From: Bacillota bacterium
GTDB taxonomy: Bacteria; Bacillota; Dehalobacteriia; UBA4068; UBA4997
Reading direction: 5' to 3'
Length of the DNA: 64,000 bases
NCBI GenBank assembly: GCA_036677375.1
Contig: JAVBWO010000024.1
Span: 61,034 to 125,033, forward strand
The notes under the pieces: generated by a model
What the model was told of the DNA's origin: nothing
Database searches by the model: none
What the model saw: the letters and a program-made list of their open reading frames with translations, nothing else
Position numbers and translations under genes: made by a program
In this document: positions 19,694-29,550 of the stretch, piece after piece
How the letters are laid out: each line of letters starts with the position of its first letter
Numbering within the stretch: the stretch's first letter is position 1

Positions 19694-19971
19694 ATATTAA
19701 ATTTAACGAGAATTGAAATATATCAAATGTTAAAAATAAAACTATGCCTTAATAGTAAATTTTGAAAGGCAGGTTTTGTTTTTTCTATAAATTCCAATAT
19801 AAATCTTAAATATTGGAAGAATTGATCCGTGATACGCTAAAAATAAATATTTAAAACCAGCAAAGGAAGGGAACACAGAAATAATTGCTTATTGTCGATG
19901 TATTTTTAGGTTAGTTTACATAATTAATATTATCGGAAGTTTGGTGGGGGGAGGCGGGCAAAATAAAAATT

Positions 19972-20006
19972 AAAAAAACCGGCTTTTATGGCAAGGCCGG
20001 TTTTTG
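19972..20006 (-). terminator. bidirectional hairpin terminator downstream of the yneA-like gene
   Basis: An A-run, the ccggcttt/aaggccgg stem and a T-run; reads as a terminator on both strands. Confidence 0.5.
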
Positions 20007-20029
20007 CTTTCATAAATGGTTTTTCTGAT

Positions 20030-20383
20030 TTATTTGCCTATCGGCATCAACAGGACTTGTCCGATCTGCAAATTGGCATCGGAAATCCGGTTAACACAAC
20101 GAACTTCCCACATGATTTTTTCCATATTGCCGACATAGTCCGGATTATATTTTTTAATTAGGTTCCATAAACTATCACCGGACTGCACAACAACCTTAGC
20201 ATATCCTAGACCATTTTCTTCATAATTATTGGAATCGCCGCCAAAAGCCTGGATGCTGGCAACCGTCAAGACCAGACAGATCATGATAAACAGCAGGATC
20301 ACATTGCGCCATTTCACTTTACGATGCCTACGGTATTTTTGATAAGTTTTCTGTGTATGATTAAAGTTTTGATTGCCTTGCAT
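20030..20383 (-). CDS. LysM-domain membrane protein, YneA-like SOS cell-division inhibitor candidate
   Basis: Basic N-terminus, one TM segment and a C-terminal LysM domain (VVQSGDSLWNLIKKY ... LQIGQVLLMP). Divergent from lexA with LexA boxes in between, as for Bacillus yneA. Confidence 0.6.
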   Translation of the reverse strand: MQGNQNFNHTQKTYQKYRRHRKVKWRNVILLFIMICLVLTVASIQAFGGDSNNYEENGLGYAKVVVQSGDSLWNLIKKYNPDYVGNMEKIMWEVRCVNRISDANLQIGQVLLMPIGK

Positions 20384-20396
20384 TAGCCCAACCCCC

Positions 20397-20408
20397 AAAC
20401 ATTTGTTC
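20397..20408. promoter_or_regulatory. LexA (Cheo) box 1, one mismatch
   Basis: AAACatttGTTC versus consensus GAAC-N4-GTTC. Confidence 0.55.
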
Positions 20409-20426
20409 TATTGCTTATAGTATATA

Positions 20427-20438
20427 GAACATTTGTTC
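20427..20438. promoter_or_regulatory. LexA (Cheo) box 2, perfect core
   Basis: GAACatttGTTC. Confidence 0.75.
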
Positions 20439-20456
20439 ACTTGTCAAGAAATTTTT

Positions 20457-20470
20457 CGAACAAATGTTTG
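20457..20470. promoter_or_regulatory. LexA (Cheo) box 3, one mismatch
   Basis: CGAACaaatGTTTg. Confidence 0.65.
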
Positions 20471-20601
20471 CATTCCTACCTGCTTTTTGTTACAATAAAA
20501 TTAGATCATCATATTTTAGAACAGATCAGATCATATCCCATGTATCTGCTCCTCTACTATCAAGGGTCTGATGATACCGATCTTAAAGGGAGGCAGTTTT
20601 A

Positions 20602-21279
20602 ATGAAAATAAACCAACCGCAATTATCCGGCCGCCAAGAAGCCATCCTCGCTTTTATTAAAGAAGAGATTAACTGTAAAGGATACCCCCCCACCGTCCGG
20701 GAGATCGGCAAAAAGCTGGGTTTTGCCTCAACCGCTAGCGTACATGCACAATTGCTTGCTTTAGAAAAGAAAGGTTATATTCGCAGAGACCCCGCAAAGC
20801 AGCGAGCCTTGGAGGTCCTGTTTCAGGACCATACGCCATCCTCATCATCTTCTTCCGCCTCTTCTTTCTCCTTTATGTTGCCGGGCCAAGAAATAAACCG
20901 GGAAATGGCTATGGTTCCTGTGGTCGGTACCATCACCGCCGGGGTACCAATCCTGGCGGAAGAAAATGTGGAAGATATTTTTCCTGTTCCCGTTGATTTT
21001 CTCCATACCAAAAAAGACACTTTTATTTTAAAAGTGTCTGGGGAAAGCATGATCGAAGCCGGCATCTTAGACGGTGATTATATCATCTTAGAGCAGACGC
21101 CCGTGGTAGAAAACGGCGAAATCGCCGCAGTTTTAATCGACGATTCAGCTACTGTTAAATATTTTTATCTGGAAAAGGATCATATCCGCTTACAGCCCGC
21201 TAATTCCGCGATGGAACCCATCATTGTCCAGGAAGCGCAAATCTTAGGCCGGGTCATCGGGCTTTTCCGCCGGTTTTGA
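20602..21279 (+). CDS. lexA: LexA repressor
   Basis: N-terminal winged HTH (LSGRQEAILAFIKEE...GYPPTVREIG) and an S24 peptidase domain (VSGESMIEAGI ... VKYF). Has an unusual Ser-rich linker. Confidence 0.9.
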   Translation: MKINQPQLSGRQEAILAFIKEEINCKGYPPTVREIGKKLGFASTASVHAQLLALEKKGYIRRDPAKQRALEVLFQDHTPSSSSSSASSFSFMLPGQEINREMAMVPVVGTITAGVPILAEENVEDIFPVPVDFLHTKKDTFILKVSGESMIEAGILDGDYIILEQTPVVENGEIAAVLIDDSATVKYFYLEKDHIRLQPANSAMEPIIVQEAQILGRVIGLFRRF

Positions 21280-21338
21280 CACAAATGCCGCAGGAGCTTT
21301 CCTGGTTATCTCTATGAACCGCGAAGGGCTGCTCCCGC

Positions 21339-22085
21339 CTAAAAGACTACTTTAGGTTCGTTTTTCCAAGTACCGTAGTTAGTAAAAATGGTCTTGCCGT
21401 TAGCCGTACCGGAAAAATAGAATTCGTGTTCATTATTACTGAGCTTAAGTTCCACGCCTTCACTGATGTGCGCTTCATTGAGATAATTGATTACCAAACG
21501 TTCAAAGGTATGGTTTTCAAAATAATGCGTGGGCAATGCATCGCAAAGCCAGCGCACATAAGCCACATTATTCATGTGCATATTCAAGTCAATATCAGAA
21601 TAGCTGGGAGTTTTCACACCCAGGGAAACCATGTCCGCCGGACATCTGACTTTAGAGGGTACCGGCATAATCTCCGGCCCGGCGGCGTCCTGCATATTAA
21701 TAGGAAGCTCGGAAGGCATAACGATCTCCCGAGTCTCATAATTTACCAAGGTCCATAAAGAGGAAGCCTGGGTCAGAACTTCCCCATCCGGTAAGCATAC
21801 CTGATAGTAACGGTTCCAAAACCATTTTTTCAAGCCGCCAAACCAAGTTTTGACCATAATGTCTTCCCCCAAGCGGGGAAGCCGTTTAAAATCAAGATCA
21901 AAGCGGGAAATGATCCAGATGATCCCTTTGTCCAAAAGATTCTCCCGGCTGGCGCCAAAATCGGAAGCATTGTCATCGGCAGCATTCTGCATCAGGTGAA
22001 TCAAAAAATAAGGCCGTATTCTGCCCGCCAGATCCACATAAGCCGCGTCAATATGTACAGGGTTTTGCCGAATTATATCTGTCAT
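21339..22085 (-). CDS. acyl-ACP thioesterase
   Basis: Double hotdog pattern of the Acyl-ACP_TE family (IIWIISRFDLDFKRLP, DLNMHMNNVAYVRW). Confidence 0.8.
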   Translation of the reverse strand: MTDIIRQNPVHIDAAYVDLAGRIRPYFLIHLMQNAADDNASDFGASRENLLDKGIIWIISRFDLDFKRLPRLGEDIMVKTWFGGLKKWFWNRYYQVCLPDGEVLTQASSLWTLVNYETREIVMPSELPINMQDAAGPEIMPVPSKVRCPADMVSLGVKTPSYSDIDLNMHMNNVAYVRWLCDALPTHYFENHTFERLVINYLNEAHISEGVELKLSNNEHEFYFSGTANGKTIFTNYGTWKNEPKVVF

Positions 22086-22429
22086 GTTTTAAGCCTCCGA
22101 TTCTACACATCGCGTTGAAATTTAATTCTTCATTTAATCCAATTATGCCATTGATTCGATTCTTTAATTCTTCGATTCTTCGATTCATCGATTTATTGAT
22201 TTATTCTTTGCATGAAGCTCATAATCCCGATCAACCCTGATGTGTCCTATGGAAAATATTGTATCATAAATCATAAAAAAGTCCAAGGCCTATGGCTTAT
22301 TTCTCCTCATAACAATATGATACAACAATATTTTTACAATATTTTTATTTCATGATGCAACATAATGCAACATGCAACGAATCAACTTTGGGTTATGTAT
22401 CCATGAAATCTATAAAGCGAGGTGACAGT

Positions 22430-23635
22430 ATGCTGGGTGTCGCGTTGGAAGGCGGCGGTTCCAAAGGAGCCTACCATATGGGGGTCATTAAAGCATATCT
22501 GGAGGAAGGGTTCCAATTTCAAGGGGCTGTCGGTACTTCCATTGGCGCTATTAATGCGGCCCTGTTCGCTCAGGGCGACTTTGAAATGGCCTACGAACTT
22601 TGGCGGAACATGACTCCCTCCACTCTGTTTGATATCGAAGACGCCCAATTGAAGAAATTCCGCAAGGCTAAGCTGGATGAAGCAGCCTTGACCTATTTAT
22701 ATGGAAAAATTAAAAAAATCCTGGCGGATAGAGGTTTGGACACCTCGAAAATCCGTCTAGTTTTAGACACCTATATCAATGAAGAAAAGCTGCGCCGTTC
22801 TCCCATGGATTATGGTTTGGTAACGGTATCCCTAACCGATAAAAAGGCGTTGGAGCTTTTTAAAGAAGATATTCCCCAAGGCAAATTAGTGGATTATATT
22901 ATGGCCTCCGCCAGCTTCCCCGGATTCAAGCTGGAGCCTTTGGACGGCAAGTACTATATAGACGGCGGCCTCTATGATAATTGCCCAGTCAATATGCTGA
23001 TACGCAAAGGCTATCAGGATATTATCGCTATCCGCACTTTGGGCATGGGTTTTATCCGCAAATTTGAAAGCAATAAGGTCAATATCACGACGATCATTCC
23101 TTCCGGCGACTTAGGTACCACTTTGAGCTTTGAAAATGATATTATCCGCAACAATCTGAAAATGGGCTATTATGACGGCTTGCGGGCCATACGGGGCCTG
23201 AAAGGCCACCGCTATTATATCAAAACAACGGTGGCCGACGATATTTTTGCCCTGCTTGCCGCCATCCCGGAAAAGATCATCACAGATTTAGGTACCTTGC
23301 TGAGCTTGCCGCCTATGGAGCCGAAAAAAATGCTTTTTGAGGAGATCATCCCTCAGCTGTCTATGCAAATGAAAGATGGCCGGCAAAGCTCCTATGAGGA
23401 TTTTCTGATCACCCTTTTAGAGCATGCCGCCGGCAAAAGCGGCGTTGATCCTTATCAGATTTATACCCCGCAAGAGCTGACGGCGGCGGCCGTCGGCAAA
23501 AAACAAAGGGTAAAAAATAAGCCTACTGTCATGATCAATCATAAACCGCTGCTTCCTTTAGTCAAACCGGGAGCCAACCTGAACAAAGCCGTATTTCTTT
23601 TAACCGGAGCTTTAGATCAAATTTATCAGCAATAA
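22430..23635 (+). CDS. patatin-like phospholipase family protein
   Basis: GGGSKG oxyanion motif, GTSIGA nucleophile elbow and a DGG Asp motif. ATG 22430 follows GAGGTG. Confidence 0.8.
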   Translation: MLGVALEGGGSKGAYHMGVIKAYLEEGFQFQGAVGTSIGAINAALFAQGDFEMAYELWRNMTPSTLFDIEDAQLKKFRKAKLDEAALTYLYGKIKKILADRGLDTSKIRLVLDTYINEEKLRRSPMDYGLVTVSLTDKKALELFKEDIPQGKLVDYIMASASFPGFKLEPLDGKYYIDGGLYDNCPVNMLIRKGYQDIIAIRTLGMGFIRKFESNKVNITTIIPSGDLGTTLSFENDIIRNNLKMGYYDGLRAIRGLKGHRYYIKTTVADDIFALLAAIPEKIITDLGTLLSLPPMEPKKMLFEEIIPQLSMQMKDGRQSSYEDFLITLLEHAAGKSGVDPYQIYTPQELTAAAVGKKQRVKNKPTVMINHKPLLPLVKPGANLNKAVFLLTGALDQIYQQ

Positions 23636-23682
23636 AGAGAAGTTTTCTTTAAGAAAATAGAGCAAAAAGGTGGTATTGCGTT

Positions 23683-23769
23683 ATGCTGGAACTTGAAAAT
23701 CTGGAAAGCTGGCGAACGTTGGACGAAGTTAAAACCTTTTACGCCGAGATTAATCTTGAGATTCAATAA
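23683..23769 (+). CDS. possible 28-aa micro-ORF (MLELENLESWRTLDEVKTFYAEINLEIQ)
   Basis: ATG preceded by AAAGGTGG and followed directly by a hairpin terminator. There is no other support. Confidence 0.25.
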   Translation: MLELENLESWRTLDEVKTFYAEINLEIQ

Positions 23770-23774
23770 AACCA

Positions 23775-23838
23775 AAACCCCGTGCAACGGAGAGCTGAAC
23801 TTTCAGACGGTCTGTTGACGGGGTTTTCTTTTTGGCGC
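23775..23838 (+). terminator. long hairpin terminator
   Basis: aaccccgt ... acggggtt outer stem followed by ttcttttt. Confidence 0.5.
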
Positions 23839-23884
23839 TTATGTAGGCTTATTTATTGGGTTTTTGTCAGCATAAAATCAGGCT

Positions 23885-24655
23885 TTAAGTATCTAAAAAG
23901 TGCTTGACGGCATAGGTATTAACTTCCCGGTTCATGGCAGCGATGTGGGTGGTCAGCTTGATGGCTTTGGGGCAAACCTTTACGCAGTTTTGAGAATTGC
24001 CACATTCCTGGATGCCGCCTTTTTTCATTAATGCTTCCAAGCGCATTTCACGGTGCATGGCTCCGATAGGATGAGCGTTAAAGAGGCGAACCTGGGCAAT
24101 GGCGGAAGGCCCGATAAAACCGGACTTGCTGTTCACATTGGGACAAGCCTCCATGCAGCAGCCGCAGGTCATACAACGGGAAATCGAATAGGCCCATTGC
24201 TGTACGCTGTCGGCCAGCCGGGGACCGCGGCCCAAGTTAAAGCTGCCGTCCACGGGCACCCAGGCTCTGACCCGGCGCAGGTTATCAAACATTTTTTGCC
24301 GATCCACCATCAGATCCCGGATCACGGGGAATTTGGTCAAGGGTTCCAGAATGATGACTTTATCGGCGCCTCTCACTTCAAAGATTTTATCGATTAAAGT
24401 AGCACAGGCCTGACACGGCCGTCCGTTGATCAGCATGGTACAGGCGCCGCAGACTTCCTCCAGGCAATTACATTCCCAAACCACAGGGTCTGTAACTTGT
24501 CCTTTGGTATTGACCGGATTTTTCCGCACTTCCATGAGAACGGAAACCACATTCATATTGGGTTTATACGGAATCTTAAATTCCTCCCAGAAAGGCTTAC
24601 TTTGCGGGTTTTGACGGCGTTTGACCTTAATATGGATATCGCTTGCAGTTACCAT
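23885..24655 (-). CDS. sdhB: succinate dehydrogenase/fumarate reductase iron-sulfur subunit
   Basis: Three Cys clusters for 2Fe-2S, 4Fe-4S and 3Fe-4S (CNCLEEVCGAC, CMTCGCCMEAC, CGNSQNCVKVCP). Confidence 0.9.
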   Translation of the reverse strand: MVTASDIHIKVKRRQNPQSKPFWEEFKIPYKPNMNVVSVLMEVRKNPVNTKGQVTDPVVWECNCLEEVCGACTMLINGRPCQACATLIDKIFEVRGADKVIILEPLTKFPVIRDLMVDRQKMFDNLRRVRAWVPVDGSFNLGRGPRLADSVQQWAYSISRCMTCGCCMEACPNVNSKSGFIGPSAIAQVRLFNAHPIGAMHREMRLEALMKKGGIQECGNSQNCVKVCPKAIKLTTHIAAMNREVNTYAVKHFLDT

Positions 24656-24658
24656 TTT

Positions 24659-26434
24659 CTATTTTGACACCTCCTTCTCCACATCGTATTTCCGTTCGCG
24701 GGGCTTGATTAAGGAGATGTCTACAGGCTCCCAACTAAAGGCAGGGCCATCAGGCGTCCATTGGGCAATGGTGGTCTTCAAGAAATTGGCGTCGTCCCGT
24801 TTGGGAAATTCCGGTTTATAATGGGAACCCCGGCTCTCATCCCGGCGCAGCGCGCCCAAGGTGATGACCCGGGCCAGTTCCATCATGTTTTTCAGCTGAC
24901 GGACAAACATTACCGTCTGGTTGCTGTAATCGTTGTTGTCGGTGATATTAATGTGATGCCAGCGCTCCTGGAATTCCTGGAGCCGGACATCCGTTTCCGC
25001 CAATGCCTTGTTATAGCGGACAATGGAAACATTCTTGGTCATCAATTCGCCCATTTCTTCATGAAGCACATAGGGGTTCTCGCTGCCGCTCATGCGAATA
25101 ATGGATTCGTGGACGGCCTGCTGTTTTTTCACTTCCCGGGCGGCCAGCCCTTGGCTCCCCTCTTCCGCCAGGCCATTCAAGCCTTTGATATAATTCACAA
25201 CCGCCGGCCCGGCTACCGTGCCGCTGTACAAAGCGGATAAAAGGGAATTGGCTCCTAAGCGATTGGCGCCGTGGTACATATAATCGCATTCCCCGGCGGC
25301 AAAAAGCCCCGGAATACAGGTCATATGGTTCCAATCCACGTGGATGCCGCCCATAAAATAGTGTACGGCGGGGAATATCTTCATGGGGATCTTGCGGGGA
25401 TCGTCACCGTAGAAGCTCTCGTAGATATCAATGATACCGCCCAGACGTTTGGTCAGAAAATCGGCAGGCAGATGAGTCAGATCCAAGTACACCTGGTTTT
25501 TTCCATCGATGCCCAAACCCATTTCCACGCAGACCTTGTATATGGCCCGGGCGGCGATGTCCCGCGGCACCAGATTGCCGTAGGCGGGATACATCTCCTC
25601 TAAGAAATACCAAGGTTTACCGTCTTTATAAGTCCAGATCCGGCCGCCCTCGCCTCTGGCGGATTCCGACATCAGGCGGGTCTTGTCATCCCCCAGCATG
25701 CCGGTGGGGTGGATCTGTACGAATTCTCCATTGGCATAGGCTGCGCCCTGCTGATAAACGATGCTGGCGGCGGAGCCTGTATTAATGACGGAGTTGGTGC
25801 TTTTACCAAATATCATGCCGGCGCCGCCGGTGGCAATGATCACCGCATCGCCTAAGAAAGCGCGGATCTCCATGGTTGCCAGATTCTGCGCCACACAGCC
25901 CCGGCAAATGCCCTTATCGTCTTGGATAACGCTTAAAAATTCCCAGCCCTCGTATTTTTTGACCAGTCCCATATCCTCGTAACGCCGTACCTGCTCGTCA
26001 CAGGTATAAAGGAGCTGCTGGCCTGTGGTGGCCCCGGCAAAAACGGTACGGCGTTTTTTAACACCGCCGAATAAGCGCAGATCTAACAATCCTTCCGAAG
26101 TGCGGCTGAACATAACGCCCATGCGATCCATGGCGTAAATCAGACCGGGCGCGCTATCGATGAGTTTCTTTACCGGCGGTTGGTTGGCCAAAAAATCGCC
26201 ACCGTAAATGGTATCGTCAAAATGCTCCCACAAGGAATCGCCTTCTCCTTTGGTATCCAAAGCGGCATTGATACCGCCCTGAGCGCATACGGAGTGAGAA
26301 CGCTTAACGGGCACTAAGGAAATTAAATCAATAGCAACCTTTTTTTCCGCTATTTTCATGGCGGCCATCAAACCGGCCAGACCGCCGCCGACGATAATCA
26401 CTTTACCATTACTCATGGGTATTTCCTCCTTCAA
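24659..26434 (-). CDS. sdhA: succinate dehydrogenase/fumarate reductase flavoprotein subunit
   Basis: FAD fold GGGLAG, the HSVCAQGG histidyl-FAD site and the HPTG and HGANRLG motifs. Confidence 0.9.
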   Translation of the reverse strand: MKEEIPMSNGKVIIVGGGLAGLMAAMKIAEKKVAIDLISLVPVKRSHSVCAQGGINAALDTKGEGDSLWEHFDDTIYGGDFLANQPPVKKLIDSAPGLIYAMDRMGVMFSRTSEGLLDLRLFGGVKKRRTVFAGATTGQQLLYTCDEQVRRYEDMGLVKKYEGWEFLSVIQDDKGICRGCVAQNLATMEIRAFLGDAVIIATGGAGMIFGKSTNSVINTGSAASIVYQQGAAYANGEFVQIHPTGMLGDDKTRLMSESARGEGGRIWTYKDGKPWYFLEEMYPAYGNLVPRDIAARAIYKVCVEMGLGIDGKNQVYLDLTHLPADFLTKRLGGIIDIYESFYGDDPRKIPMKIFPAVHYFMGGIHVDWNHMTCIPGLFAAGECDYMYHGANRLGANSLLSALYSGTVAGPAVVNYIKGLNGLAEEGSQGLAAREVKKQQAVHESIIRMSGSENPYVLHEEMGELMTKNVSIVRYNKALAETDVRLQEFQERWHHINITDNNDYSNQTVMFVRQLKNMMELARVITLGALRRDESRGSHYKPEFPKRDDANFLKTTIAQWTPDGPAFSWEPVDISLIKPRERKYDVEKEVSK

Positions 26435-26533
26435 TCCTACTATCCTTCAATCCGTCAATCCTAACTAGCCTTCCAACTTTCTATCGCTCTATTTTTCCAA
26501 CCCTCTTTTATCCTCTTTTTGGTTTATATTGGG

Positions 26534-27247
26534 TTACGGCAAAGGCATGGTGGCAATCTTGGTGAGGACCGCTACCGAAAGCACCGCTAAGATGATAAAA
26601 ATAGCCACCACCGCCCAGGAAAAGATTTTTTGCGCACGTTCTCCCACGCAGATCCCCCAGGTGATGCAGAAGGTAAAAAGTCCGTTGGCAAAGTGATAGA
26701 TGGCGGCCCAGACCCCTACGACGTACAGGGTGAAATAGACCGGATTACTGAGGAAGCCGGCAAAGGAAATGATGATCTCCTGGGGGTCGTGCACCAGGAT
26801 ACGGAGGAATAGCACATGGAAAAACAAAAATACCACGATGATGAGAGCTGTGATCCTTTGCAAATAGAAGTTCCAGTTGCGGTAATATGTATACTTTAAA
26901 ACATTGTTTTTAGAAAGGTAAACGATCCAGATACCGTAGATGGCATGAAATAAAATGGGCAGGGCGATCACCACGAGCTCCAACACGATAATAAAGGGCA
27001 TACTCTTCATAAAGGTGATAACTTTCAAATAGCTCTCGTTGCCGCTGATCAGAACACTGCCGTTTAATAAAAGATGAAAGCATAAAAAAATACCAATGGG
27101 AATAATTGCGATCAAAGAGTGAAAGCGGCGGATAAAAAAGTTGCCGTTTAAGATCAAGCCCAAAATCGGCACCTTGGCCAGGCGGGTGTAGATCTTTCTC
27201 CCCTCCTCCAGCAATGCGCCAAAAATTCTTTTAATCAGTTCCAGCAA
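26534..27247 (-). CDS. sdhC: succinate dehydrogenase cytochrome b558-type membrane subunit
   Basis: Five TM helices with conserved His residues, immediately upstream of sdhA. The start codon is uncertain (TTG). Confidence 0.7.
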   Translation of the reverse strand: MLELIKRIFGALLEEGRKIYTRLAKVPILGLILNGNFFIRRFHSLIAIIPIGIFLCFHLLLNGSVLISGNESYLKVITFMKSMPFIIVLELVVIALPILFHAIYGIWIVYLSKNNVLKYTYYRNWNFYLQRITALIIVVFLFFHVLFLRILVHDPQEIIISFAGFLSNPVYFTLYVVGVWAAIYHFANGLFTFCITWGICVGERAQKIFSWAVVAIFIILAVLSVAVLTKIATMPLP

Positions 27248-27325
27248 GATAGATTCCCCTTTCGAGATTAAATAAATACTGATACATTGATCGGTTTTTA
27301 TTTTTTCACTTTGTATCTTATCGAT

Positions 27326-28240
27326 CTAATTTATTTGATCGGTTTCAACAACCGTTTTTTCTTTTTCCTCTTTATTTTCTTTCTTTTTTTTACAGGCTTC
27401 CAAGTAGATGCGCTGGAATTCGGCGGCGTCCTCCGCCTGGGTGCCGGCGGACTCACAGATGATCACCGGCTCCAGTTCCTTCTCTACCAAAGCCTGCGCC
27501 AAATAATAAAAATCCGGGCCATATTCTTTTTCCTGCAAAGTACGATGCTTTTTCTCCCCGGCCTTGGTAAATTCCACCGGTGAAAAATGTATATGAAGAC
27601 CTTGCAGTTTTTCCTGCCCCAAGCCGTTTTTGATCTTGTCCAAAACAGCGGTAAAATCTTTTTTTTGTGTAAGAGTACCGCCATATAAGGCATACAGGTG
27701 TCCGAAATCCACTGTAGGATAAAGAGACTTGTCCAGGCGGCAAAGAGCGATTACCTCTGCCAAATGGCCAAATTGATTGCTTTTTCCCATGGTTTCCGGG
27801 CAAAGATGCACATCTTCCAAAAGGCCTTCCCGCCGGGCTTCCTCCATGATGCCGGAAAGCATAGCCTCTGCCCGCTTCATGGCTTCTTCCCGGGAGCTGC
27901 CGCCTAAAGCGCCGGGGTGGAATACCACCCGTTCCGCTGACATCCAAGCGGCCGCTTGCAAGGATTTTAAGATATGGTAACGGCTTTTTGCCAAAATCGA
28001 CGCGTCCTGACTAACCAGATTGATATAATAAGGAGCATGAATGCTGAGCTTGATATCAAACCGTTTGGCCTGGGCTGCTAAGGTGGTGCAAAAGCCGTGG
28101 CTGACCTTAACGCCGCGGGTGCATTGATATTCATAGGCATTAAGTCCGAAACCCTGCAGCCACTGACAGACGTCCAAAGAGGTCTTGTGTCCGTCGCTGT
28201 AAAAGGAATCGCTGTTGCCCGCCGGGCCGAATCGTATCAT
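27326..28240 (-). CDS. endonuclease-IV-like / xylose-isomerase-like TIM barrel protein with Lys/Glu-rich tail
   Basis: FGPAGNS, HAPYYINL, VVFHPG, CPETMG and VDFGH metal-site contexts. ATGA overlap with miaB. Confidence 0.6.
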   Translation of the reverse strand: MIRFGPAGNSDSFYSDGHKTSLDVCQWLQGFGLNAYEYQCTRGVKVSHGFCTTLAAQAKRFDIKLSIHAPYYINLVSQDASILAKSRYHILKSLQAAAWMSAERVVFHPGALGGSSREEAMKRAEAMLSGIMEEARREGLLEDVHLCPETMGKSNQFGHLAEVIALCRLDKSLYPTVDFGHLYALYGGTLTQKKDFTAVLDKIKNGLGQEKLQGLHIHFSPVEFTKAGEKKHRTLQEKEYGPDFYYLAQALVEKELEPVIICESAGTQAEDAAEFQRIYLEACKKKKENKEEKEKTVVETDQIN

Positions 28241-29550
28241 AACACCTCTCCTGTGAGACTCCAGGTTTTCGCATCGGTGATCTTAACGGGAAGAATCTTG
28301 CCCACCATATCCTGAGTACCCGCAAAGGATACCAGTTTATTTCCCTCAGTGCGGCCGGAATAGACCTGGTCGTTGTTTTTACTTAAGCCTTCCACCAGGA
28401 TCTGCTCCACCTTTCCTACTAAAGCCTGATTAATGGCCAGGCTGATGGGATCCTGCAATTCCATGAGACGCAGCAGGCGATCTTTTTTGACGGCTGAGGG
28501 CACCTGATCCGGCATCTTGGCCGCCGGCGTGCCGGAACGAGGTGAATACAGGAAGGTATAGGCCACGTCAAAACGGCATTTGGTAATAAAGGCCAAGGTC
28601 TCGGCAAAATCTTCTTCGGTCTCGCCGGGGAACCCCACCATGAGGTCGGTGGTAAAGCTTGCAGTTGGAAATTTCTCCCGCATATAGGATAAGATCTCAT
28701 AATAATCCGCTGTTTGATACCGGCGGTTCATTGCTTGAAGCGTCCGGTCGCAGCCCGATTGGATGGGCAAGTGAAAATGACGGCAAACCTTGGGTAAGGC
28801 GGCAATGGTATCCACCAAGGTTTTGGTGAAATCCTTCGGGTGAGAGGTCATATAACGAATGCGTTCAATACCCTCTACCTGGTGAACCAAAGTGAGAAGT
28901 CCTGCAAAATCAGCGCCCACATCACTGTCAGTACCGTAGGAATTCACATTCTGCCCTAAAAGCATGACCTCTTTGTAACCTTCGGCGGCAAGGGCTTTCA
29001 CTTCATCAACAATGACCTGCGCCGGGCGGCTTTTCTCTCGTCCCCGCACATAGGGAACGATACAATAGGTACAAAAATTATTACAGCCATGGATGATATT
29101 GACCTGCGCCTTAACTTTATCATCCCGCTGTACCGGCAGACTGACAGGAAGCTCTTCCGTACTGCCGCCGGTATCCACGATATGCCTGGCTCCCGCCATA
29201 ACTTCGGCAATGTACTGAGGCAGATGATGCAGATGATAGGTACCCAAGACGATATCTACCTGGGGCGAACGGCGGAAGATCTCTGATGCCACCCCTTCCC
29301 GCTGGGCCATGCAGCCGCAGAGAGCAATGATGGCGCCGCGCTTTTCCTTATCATGCTTCAGATTGCCGATATAACCAAGAGCTTTATTTTCCGCGCTTTG
29401 CCGAATCGAACAGGTGTTTACCACCACAATATCCGCCGCCGCCTCGGATGAAGCCGCCTCATAGCCTGCCTGGATTAAAATGCCGGCCAGAAGCTGTGAA
29501 TCATGTTCATTCATCTGACAGCCGAAGGTCTGTATAAAAAACTTCAACAA
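28237..29550 (-). CDS. miaB: tRNA (i6A37) methylthiotransferase MiaB
   Basis: UPF0004 N-terminus (QTFGCQMNEHDS), the radical SAM motif CNNFCTYCIVP and a TRAM C-terminus. Confidence 0.9.
   Translation of the reverse strand: MLKFFIQTFGCQMNEHDSQLLAGILIQAGYEAASSEAAADIVVVNTCSIRQSAENKALGYIGNLKHDKEKRGAIIALCGCMAQREGVASEIFRRSPQVDIVLGTYHLHHLPQYIAEVMAGARHIVDTGGSTEELPVSLPVQRDDKVKAQVNIIHGCNNFCTYCIVPYVRGREKSRPAQVIVDEVKALAAEGYKEVMLLGQNVNSYGTDSDVGADFAGLLTLVHQVEGIERIRYMTSHPKDFTKTLVDTIAALPKVCRHFHLPIQSGCDRTLQAMNRRYQTADYYEILSYMREKFPTASFTTDLMVGFPGETEEDFAETLAFITKCRFDVAYTFLYSPRSGTPAAKMPDQVPSAVKKDRLLRLMELQDPISLAINQALVGKVEQILVEGLSKNNDQVYSGRTEGNKLVSFAGTQDMVGKILPVKITDAKTWSLTGEVL

Noticed and set aside
22130-22215. ttcgatt-type short repeats between the thioesterase and patatin genes
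   Set aside because: This is irregular, AT-rich, low-complexity sequence in a divergent promoter region. It has no consistent unit or symmetry, so it is not reported as a feature.
27287-27583. 98-aa plus-strand ORF with FFFLFIFFLFF run
   Set aside because: It is the antisense of the Lys/Glu-rich tail of the TIM-barrel gene, a composition artefact.
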